Positions 59,801 through 64,000 of a stretch of 64,000 nucleotides of DNA are shown here, piece after piece. Position numbers and translations under genes: made by a program. Below the pieces are notes generated by a model, which was not told the DNA's origin, ran no database searches, and saw only the letters and a program-made list of their open reading frames with translations. The DNA comes from Candidatus Altimarinota bacterium (GTDB taxonomy: Bacteria; Patescibacteriota; Gracilibacteria; UBA4473), in the NCBI GenBank assembly GCA_020631075.1, contig JAHDHX010000006.1, positions 42,243 through 106,242 of the forward strand, read 5' to 3'. The stretch's first letter is position 1, and each line of letters begins with the position of its first letter.

Positions 59801-61485
59801 ATGAAGAAGATGAAAATCAAGAAGATAATGATGACGAAGACGAAGAAGAAAATTCTGACTCAAACGATGACGACGAGGAAACCACTACAGTAGTTGTTGT
59901 AGACAACAGCGACGACGATGAAGATTCAGACAATGAAGATGACGACAGCACCACCGTGGTAATCGTAGACAACAATGATGACGACGAAGATGACGAAGAT
60001 GACACAAACTATTACTACAACGACTTCACAAACACGGATCAACCTGGCTCCTCCTCCGAAACCCTCGACATCGCCCAGTGTCACATCGAAGAGTGCCCCG
60101 AGTGTCCAACCGTCGAACTCTCACTGACCAAAGAGCTCATCGGCAACGGCACCGTTGGCTACGTCGCCGACAACTCCCTCGCCGACTACCAGATCCAAGT
60201 CACCATCGACGACTTTGACGCCAACGGCAACGACATCACCGCCGCCCAGCTCTACGTCTACGACCGCGTCGTCTGCGCCGACAGCGCTCACATTGACGAA
60301 ACCCAGTTCTTCAACCCGCAAAACGTCACCGCTGGCTACAGCTACGACAGCACCAACGGTGTCTACACCCTCCCCGTCGACCCGGACGACCTCAGCAGCG
60401 GCACCACCTTCACGCTTGATTACAGCATCCTGCTCGACATCATCGGCGCGGATACCAACGACAACGAAGTCGTCAACGTCGCCTTCGCCACCCTGGCCAT
60501 CGAAGCCGAAGGTGAAGCCCGCCACTACACCGTCAACTTTGACACCGCTGGCCTCGACGACAGCACTTTCACCAGTGGTGGTGAGTGCCCCGCGCAGATT
60601 ATTGACGCGCTCGACCTCGCCGCAGGCAACCTCGCCTCCCAAGTGAGTAACGCTGACTTCACCAGCCTCGACACATCCTTCTCTGGTTCCACCTTGGGCA
60701 ACACCGCCATCGCGAAAGTCATCAAACCCTACGTAGACGCCAACCTCGGCGGAGCCGCCGTCTACCAGACGCAAGCCCCGAGCACCGACGAAAACGTCTA
60801 CCACACGGTCAAAAGCTCAGGTGTGGAGTCAACTGCACCTGCTAATGACGAGACAGCAACCGCTGTCAACCTGACTAACGCAACAACCTCACAAGTGATG
60901 AGCACCATTGATGTGATGGACGCCAAAGTCCTTAACGGACTCATCCCAGGCCTCATCACCGAGCTCGAATCCCTCAGTATGATCGCCACCAACACGCAAA
61001 CCATCTTCGGTGTCGACATGCACCTCACCCCCAATGGCCGCGTGGCGTTCACAGACCAAGACATCACACTGAGCGGTGACTACGCCCTGGCCGAAGCCCT
61101 CACCATCGTGACCACTGGCACGATCAAGGTCACCAACAACGTCACCTTCACGGGCGCCGTTCCGGCCTTCGTCCAGCCGAGTTCTGGGCAAGAGCTCACC
61201 GTCGACGCCAGCGTCACCAGCATGGCTGGTCTCTACTTCCTCCCCAGCGGAGTCATGACCACCACCGGTGACCTCACCAGCGACGACCCCATGGTCATCA
61301 ACGGCCTCGTCGTCGTCGCCGACGCCTCTGACTTCCTGCTCTCCCACACCTACATTGGTGAGACTCCCCAGTCAGAGTCCGAGCTCGTCGCCGCCGTCAC
61401 GTTCATCATGCCCGACAGTCTCCTGACGAATGTACCCCCATTGTTCACCGACTTCCTCGAGCGCGAATACACCCAAGCCCAATAA
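50854..61485 (+). CDS. giant (3543 aa) secreted surface protein built from DUF11/CARDB-like repeat modules
   Basis: Signal peptide MRKRLLGLAFGLLAIASAGILG. By my count at least 19 modules open with [ILV]-x-K and contain the (V/I)T(V/I)TN.G...(T/N)(N/D)V.(L/F)TD pattern. Conserved Cys pair per module. Asp/Glu-rich tract and a unique ~490-aa C-terminal region. Confidence 0.9.
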   Translation: MRKRLLGLAFGLLAIASAGILGTGALSSPDLPVLSADKYVSQIISPTGNTIFSDPSGSNQAALHDPALAIAHGATVEWSVVVSTDNTGPDSYDAVEFTDSFQLYGNGYFDHTVIDWLPHPQYDFFTSCQQAFDEGNELQWYNTIKDSLYFNEYTDLDTVLINGAPISATNLDSTICNILDTDDFSGVIIGPMGPNETRTFTFTGVYGPTEKYPQFEPRGLCNGVWVLAQSNYGDNTEFFGFGLDSPIDSPWSCVQITDTPHTTTIEKSGEIDMTTQTIDWTVTVETDIPVDTKHFQILDNPIESTGHTGPLHDNHPHGFTCEYTAQGNGVFICNVTTQITDLSSDQYCNEASVYINYVPLGSTTACVQPPMLEAPTIEVTKQAVESVISSTDTELEWLITVTTSSSDYSGDITNVVFTDSWSGYSVSEVVINPVDNDNQQVTINPSGTSFTYSVGTMGPNDSQSFLVTMTIADEKTDSPCLSGDYTFGNNVEIIDALYNHYGTDTSIAGDTDSASTVCTAPTPNPVPELILNKVEVPSITHVETGQSVDYQITVTNPAGNSGTPGVPVYNLDLTDVLSGPTGVSYTISNVSANIGTPTIVGNQINIPTIAQLLPGQTYTLTYTVTYGTAAGTAGACNLEGHTFQNVATIESFDYPTYPNVTVDGFTTVEPNQSFVEEVICYSPETPVPVIEVTKTLVEPSNGYVYAPNQNTVTYQITIDASNQPNGFTGMITDLVLTDTTNFPFQSVTVNGNSVPFSANGFFIEPSAPLQVPAGAYPSSQTYTVVFDLGTWGTDHTCLTAGQTLTNSASATGFYDANGISTTVSDTSQTVTATCHVPANISAPSLSLAKVAHADIINEGESVDYVISVFNSSDTTANNIQLEDIISNPSNGTYSISNVNAAILEIPQYNFSNNGNSISFTPFDLPANTAYTVIYTITYGNNSSNSPTACIADGIQFINTASVTSFSYTDEFGNEISDDVTLPSEETATVTCNAQTTNLEVTKELITHECPTYGLGGTGAATFGVTITNTGDLPLTDVTVYDVLQNYFTNVSNITQGVTLSGSEFSIPAGYLDNTGDTFSFQFTVDIDATQIANFGTPLTNSVSATADNVEIVDSNTVSFTCGPIVVPQPTVNINKAVANSQTTPLPYGDNSITWTLTIDSEANGYQGLITGLTLTDDPLFPVTGVTLLDASGTALPISFNGDTLTYDLPDFTAGTDFVFTLITEFDNTYDAHVCGTDGQLLQNNVTLANGFYDGNTSLPSSSDNATIPCGPVYVPTTSLEVTKELITHECPTYGLGGTGAATFEVTITNTGDLPLTNVQVTDLLNSYFTNVSNITQSVTLSGSTFSIPAGNLDNTGDTFSFQFTVDVDAAQIANFGTPLTNFVSATADNDASDTSNTVSFTCGPIVVPEPTISVAKDLATTQANPLPYGDDTITWVITVSTQGNGYTGNITDVTLTDTIDFDVQSVTVDGTPITLTGDSFTYTVGTMGPNDSQSFTVVTTYDSDSTKHICTETGQLLTNSVTVNGDYDLGTPLAPDSDDAIIMCQLPDEVAPPVLDITKSASQSVTSEGGDVIYTVQVTNTASTTATNVTLTDVLTVPANTVYVISDATDTLTGGTTTGAVSTDGTTLTFPTLTTLDAGGIYTVTYTVTYGGDDLYAPTACVEATNTFTNVAQVTGFSYTDEYNNDTTNGVTLPDPADTTVTCSAPDTALPLFDIQKSLLTPATAVEGEEITWQIIVSMPSNQPYEGNLTDLVITEDPAYAYSNPYFTDENGNITSGLTYTLDVLNPGQVVILEFTTTVGNQAAIACTADGHLLPNGVTITDIFEPTSDTLTDEANATAPCSVIPPEVPTPVINKSVNTNTVHPGQSFTYTISGNTGQFTDGSYATIDPLVITDDIESSLIEFDLDAFAAANPGITVTELNDGTYQFNLGTVTGPFSFSIEATFLEGVASGTQFCNVAHIGTLADIAADPVNAVCSDPTSACVTLVDHPPVDQPTFTISKSADVDTVMEGDTVTWTITITNTSDTDATNVTFTDNLPTGVTAVTPDFGNLTITDDSLTNGTYTATIGQIDANDSVSFTVTTTIGAGTTDDPTMCVTDGQSFTNVVSLDTFQYLVNPTTTSTINDGQTASDSVICEVPEPPVVPVDAPTFTISKSADVDTVMEGDTVTWTITITNTSDTDATNVTFTDNLPTGVTAVTPDFGNLTITDDSLTNGTYTATIGQIDANDSVSFTVTTTIGAGTTDDPTMCVTDGQSFTNVVSLDTFQYLVNPTTTSTINDGQTASDSVICEVPEPPVVPVDAPTFTISKSADVDTVMEGDTVTWTITITNTSDTDATNVTFTDNLPTGVTAVTPDFGNLTITDDSLTNGTYTATIGQIDANDSVSFTVTTTIGAGTTDDPTMCVTDGQSFTNVVTLTDFDYTDENNNTVTDHSGQTASDSVICEVPVVEYPAPTITKTDNADTVLPGGTITYTVNVDTNGATFSPLQITDNFDDHLTLIESSVTNGVTVVDQPNNTYLFDLGTVTGPTSFSFSVEVSADATPGQAICNVVHIGTPLDLQQDPEGTVCSDPESACVIVESPFIAAPSIALTKTANVTETEIGQAIIWTLTVNNDGNVPLTNVEITDPLASYLTYQSGDADISLNGSDLTITVGDLAIGQTIDYTFTTLVNGDATGLTQLSNTATVNGVYAETDTTVTDSGSDTVILVTPPAPEPELEWTVEKTSMPADGAVLNVGDLITYYITVTNEGNTALTDVFVTDDLDSSIRFHSDLGNPEISGDFFDPSVIISFPYLGVNESLTTSFQVKVVSVPDTTNQQFCNALHCGLAFGDVDSDFPYFETGDFLGGTCHTVVPEDEPTPGLEFAKTVTSGDYAVGDTVTYSVTATNTGDFPLTDVIAIDQLPAGTQFQQCNGDYDLDGSTLTLDFGTLAAGQSQTITFSVTVTQPGQFCNDIVSGQGTTPDGDTVGGTVTTGPQCETATIDDEEDEQDEEDENQEDNDDEDEEENSDSNDDDEETTTVVVVDNSDDDEDSDNEDDDSTTVVIVDNNDDDEDDEDDTNYYYNDFTNTDQPGSSSETLDIAQCHIEECPECPTVELSLTKELIGNGTVGYVADNSLADYQIQVTIDDFDANGNDITAAQLYVYDRVVCADSAHIDETQFFNPQNVTAGYSYDSTNGVYTLPVDPDDLSSGTTFTLDYSILLDIIGADTNDNEVVNVAFATLAIEAEGEARHYTVNFDTAGLDDSTFTSGGECPAQIIDALDLAAGNLASQVSNADFTSLDTSFSGSTLGNTAIAKVIKPYVDANLGGAAVYQTQAPSTDENVYHTVKSSGVESTAPANDETATAVNLTNATTSQVMSTIDVMDAKVLNGLIPGLITELESLSMIATNTQTIFGVDMHLTPNGRVAFTDQDITLSGDYALAEALTIVTTGTIKVTNNVTFTGAVPAFVQPSSGQELTVDASVTSMAGLYFLPSGVMTTTGDLTSDDPMVINGLVVVADASDFLLSHTYIGETPQSESELVAAVTFIMPDSLLTNVPPLFTDFLEREYTQAQ
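53365..53850 (+). other. AT-rich module embedded in the GC-rich giant gene
   Basis: Composition switches abruptly (e.g. ataaatgaaggtgaaagtgttgattacgtcattagtgtgtttaattcatctgat). The frame and the module architecture, including the Cys pair, are preserved. Confidence 0.8.
53845..55083 (+). repeat. intragenic duplication with 843-bp period; ~400-bp highly similar segments at 53845-54240 and 54688-55083
   Basis: LEVTKELITHECPTYGLGGTGAATF...SFTCGPIVVP occurs twice, 281 codons apart, at roughly 88% aa identity by eye. Confidence 0.8.
56836..58086 (+). repeat. perfect 459-bp (153-codon) tandem repeat, about 2.7 copies, inside the giant gene
   Basis: Unit starts at 56836, 57295 and 57754. The units are identical on reading. 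Antisense track ORFs 57054..57494 and 57513..57953 are identical 146-mers. Identity ends at 58086. Confidence 0.9.
59779..60006 (+). repeat. Asp/Glu/Asn-rich low-complexity tract (purine-rich codons GAT/GAC/GAA)
   Basis: Encodes DDEEDEQDEEDENQEDNDDEDEEENSDSNDDDEETTTVVVVDNSDDDEDSDNEDDDSTTVVIVDNNDDDEDDEDD. Confidence 0.85.
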
Positions 61486-61520
61486 GTCACCAAACATTTT
61501 CCCTTTCAGATCAAACCCAA

Positions 61521-61550
61521 ACCGTCCCCTGCCCAGGGGGCGGTTTTTTT
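61521..61550 (+). terminator. intrinsic terminator after the giant gene
   Basis: ACCGTCCCCTG-cc-CAGGGGGCGGT (one mismatch) followed by T7. Confidence 0.65.
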
Positions 61551-61614
61551 GACTCACTTTTATTTGCCAAAATATAAAATAAAAATAAAAAAGTATTGAT
61601 TTTTAATATCAAAC

Positions 61615-62100
61615 ATGAACACTCCACGATTCTCCTCCCGCGATAAGCTTAAAATGCTTGGTCTCACAGCCTTTACCGCCCTGACCATCGGCCTCAAAAG
61701 TTGCAAAAAAGCGGTCGAATCATTCAAAGACCAAGTCGCCGTCACACTCGAACCCGTCGATGGCGAGTGCAAGTTCAAATTAACCATTGATAACACTCTC
61801 GGCTACGGTCACCGCATCCGTACCATTACTAATGCCGATTTTGGTCTCAACTGTTCCACCTACAACCCCGACCATCAAAACATCACGGAAGACTGCCTCT
61901 ACAGCACACCTTTGAGTGAACCCATCATTTTGGAAGTCCAAGACGGTGAAAAAGTCGACACCATCTTCTCCGAAGACATTGTAATCGGTAATCCTGATCA
62001 AGACGAATTTGCAGAGCCCACTACCGCTGCCTCTTCTACAGACATCGAACTAGGCGGAAACATTGAAACCTACAACCGCCACGCCACGCTTTCCAAATAA
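61615..62100 (+). CDS. small hypothetical protein (161 aa), possible lipoprotein, lower GC
   Basis: Hydrophobic N-terminus MLGLTAFTALTIGLKSC with an imperfect lipobox. No domain recognised. Confidence 0.55.
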   Translation: MNTPRFSSRDKLKMLGLTAFTALTIGLKSCKKAVESFKDQVAVTLEPVDGECKFKLTIDNTLGYGHRIRTITNADFGLNCSTYNPDHQNITEDCLYSTPLSEPIILEVQDGEKVDTIFSEDIVIGNPDQDEFAEPTTAASSTDIELGGNIETYNRHATLSK

Positions 62101-62125
62101 AGGCACCACCCACCCCCCTCCCCCC

Positions 62126-62153
62126 AGCACACCCCCAGTGGTGTGCTTTTTTT
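62126..62153 (+). terminator. intrinsic terminator
   Basis: AGCACACC-cccagt-GGTGTGCT followed by T7. Confidence 0.6.
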
Positions 62154-62213
62154 GTTTCTGCTATACTAGGGTGACCACTCTCTCTACACTCCCCCCGTTC
62201 CCCGTTTTCCCCT

Positions 62214-64000
62214 ATGTGGCGCGCCTTCTTCATGTTCATCGGTCGCTTTGGTCGCCTCGGCTCCTACGTGGCGCGGTTTGGTGTGCGCTACCCGGGGGCA
62301 GCGGCCGTGCTGTTTCCCGCCTTTGCCGTGGGGTTTTTGGTGCTCGACATCATCACAGGGTTTTTCCTCATTCGGGCCATTTTGTGGCACTGGCATCGGC
62401 TGGAGGAAGAGCACCAGCTTGTTCATCTGAAGATCACCCTCGCCCGCAACGACACCAAACTCGACAACGAAAAACGCACCGAAAAAGACTTCCACGAGCA
62501 GATCGGCAAAGCCGAGCAATTTTTTCGCGCCCTGCATGAAACCCGCGGACTGAGTTGGTACAACATCCTCATGAAGCGTATCCTCTGGCACAAACCCCAG
62601 CTCAGTTTCGAGATCCAGTGCTTCAACCGCGAAATCCACTTCGTCGTCGTCTGTGACAAGTACTACCAACACATCATCGAGAAGCAAATCACCTCCTTCT
62701 ACGAGTCAGCCGACATCACCCCCATCCCCGAAAAAAAACGCCTCCAGCTCAACGCCAAAGGCCTCCACTACAACGGGTACCACATGCACTCCCAGCGCCA
62801 GTTCTACTACCCGCTCCAGACCTATAAGCAGATCGAAGACGACGCCCTCAATAATCTCGTCAACGCCTTCGCCAACCTCACCGACGAAGAAAAAGGCGTC
62901 ATCCAATTCGTCATCCACCCCATTTCCAACTACTGGCAAAAAGAAGCCCGCGAGTTCGCCACCGCCGAGTTCAAGGGCGGGAATAAGAAGCAATGGCGCA
63001 TCCCCCTCATCGGCCCCCTGCTCAACGGTCTGCGCATCTTGATAGGCGGCTTCGACCCCGCCACCGACGGCGGGTCAAACGCCCCAGGTGCCAGCGGCGG
63101 CGACTCCTACGTGCGGATGCTCGCCTCCGACGAAGAAATTTTCAAACAAATGGGCGAAAAATCCCACCAGCCAGGCTACGAAGTCGCCATTCGGGTGCTG
63201 GCCGCCTCACCGGAGTCCAACCGCAGGGTGCAAGACATCCTCGACTCCGCCTTCGTCGCCTTTAATGCCTTCGAAGCCAAAGGCATGAACCGCCTCGAAA
63301 ACCGCCGTTCATTCCCCCTCGACGCGATCAACCGCCACATCATCTTTCATAATTTTCGCTACCGCCTCTACCCGTTTTTGGAGCGCAGCTCACTGCTCTC
63401 CTGCGACGAAGTCGCCACCCTCTTCCACTTCCCCGACGCCCGGTATAATAAAATCCCCAACATCAAGTGGATGGCCTACAAAGTCCTCCCCCCCCCCATC
63501 AACCTCCCCGCCGAGGGGATCGTCTTGGGCAACAGCGTCTTTCGCGGCCACTCCAAGCCCGTCAGGTTTATGAAAAAAGACCGCACCCGCCACACCTACG
63601 TCATCGGGAAGTCAGGGTCAGGGAAGTCCGTCCTCCTGTGGAATATGGCCGTCCAAGACGTCGAAAACGGCGAAGGCGTCTGCGTCATCGACCCCCATGG
63701 GGATTTAGTCGACGACGTCGTCAGCTGCGTGCCCAAGCACCGCGCCAAAGACGTCATCATCTTTGACCCAGGCGACGTCGAGCGCCCCATGGGGCTCAAC
63801 ATGCTCGAAGCCAACACCGCCGAAGAGAAAGACCGCGCCTCCCTCGACGCGATGGAAATCATGATCAAACTCTTCGGCAACGAGATCTTCGGCCCCCGCA
63901 TCCAGCATTATTTTCGCAACGGCTGCCTCACCCTCATGGACGACGAAGACGAAGGCGCCACCATGATCGACGTCCCCCGCTTGTTTATTGACGACGACTT
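62214..64000 (+). CDS. VirD4/TraG/TraD-like type IV secretion-type P-loop ATPase (partial, runs off the window)
   Basis: Hand translation from ATG 62214 is open to base 64000 (595 codons). It is absent from the ORF track because it has no stop in the window. N-terminal TM helices, Walker A HTYVIGKSGSGKSVLLWN at about 63590-63640, then VCVIDPHGDL. Confidence 0.8.
   Translation, partial: MWRAFFMFIGRFGRLGSYVARFGVRYPGAAAVLFPAFAVGFLVLDIITGFFLIRAILWHWHRLEEEHQLVHLKITLARNDTKLDNEKRTEKDFHEQIGKAEQFFRALHETRGLSWYNILMKRILWHKPQLSFEIQCFNREIHFVVVCDKYYQHIIEKQITSFYESADITPIPEKKRLQLNAKGLHYNGYHMHSQRQFYYPLQTYKQIEDDALNNLVNAFANLTDEEKGVIQFVIHPISNYWQKEAREFATAEFKGGNKKQWRIPLIGPLLNGLRILIGGFDPATDGGSNAPGASGGDSYVRMLASDEEIFKQMGEKSHQPGYEVAIRVLAASPESNRRVQDILDSAFVAFNAFEAKGMNRLENRRSFPLDAINRHIIFHNFRYRLYPFLERSSLLSCDEVATLFHFPDARYNKIPNIKWMAYKVLPPPINLPAEGIVLGNSVFRGHSKPVRFMKKDRTRHTYVIGKSGSGKSVLLWNMAVQDVENGEGVCVIDPHGDLVDDVVSCVPKHRAKDVIIFDPGDVERPMGLNMLEANTAEEKDRASLDAMEIMIKLFGNEIFGPRIQHYFRNGCLTLMDDEDEGATMIDVPRLFIDDD

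Noticed and set aside
62184-62687. 167-aa - strand ORF and its neighbours (62423..62659, 62706..62993 and others).
   Set aside because: They are antisense to a 595-codon open + strand frame with clear P-loop ATPase motifs. Their translations are low complexity.
1-64000. Alternative genetic code (TGA recoded, as in some CPR lineages).
   Set aside because: TGA terminates conserved genes at their expected lengths (murA, lgt, the restored VIT1-like gene, the micro-ORF). Conserved genes contain no in-frame TGA.

Overview
Gene-dense bacterial chromosomal window using the standard genetic code (TGA terminates conserved genes). I call about 55 CDS (two with apparent frameshifts) and 2 tRNAs. I found no rRNA, CRISPR array, transposase or integrase. 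Most content is housekeeping: an aroA-NUDIX fusion, ybaB, mltG, a thioredoxin lipoprotein, a SulP permease, a 2-hydroxyacid dehydrogenase, tRNA-Met and tRNA-His, a HIT protein, HMG-CoA reductase divergent from mevalonate kinase, lepB, murA, gap, lgt, purL-purQ-purM-purN, pyrE, rpoB (no rpoC beside it), mfd, dnaN (no dnaA beside it) and mscL. A T4SS-pilin-like C-terminal domain, a 3543-aa DUF11-repeat surface protein, a VirD4/TraG-like ATPase, several domain fusions and the absence of Shine-Dalgarno motifs suggest a CPR/Patescibacteria-like lineage; this is inference only. Things ordinary annotation does not explain: (1) the + strand is strongly C>G whatever the gene direction, so codon and amino-acid usage differ by coding strand and long spurious antisense ORFs appear. 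(2) An approximately 186-bp inverted-repeat MITE-like element occurs three times, each copy abutting a stop codon. (3) Sharply AT-rich orphan-gene islands interrupt the GC-rich background, and one AT-rich module sits inside the giant gene. (4) Two tandem AT-rich paralogs have near-identical termini and divergent cores. (5) The giant adhesin gene carries perfect 459-bp tandem repeats and is followed by a small lipoprotein-like gene and a T4SS-type ATPase that is missing from the supplied ORF track. (6) Two genes (VIT1-like, yjjX-like) are broken at short C/G homopolymers, and mltG lacks a usable in-frame start; these may be assembly errors. I could not identify a recognisable defence or other named system. 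The candidates for something new are items 2, 4 and 5.
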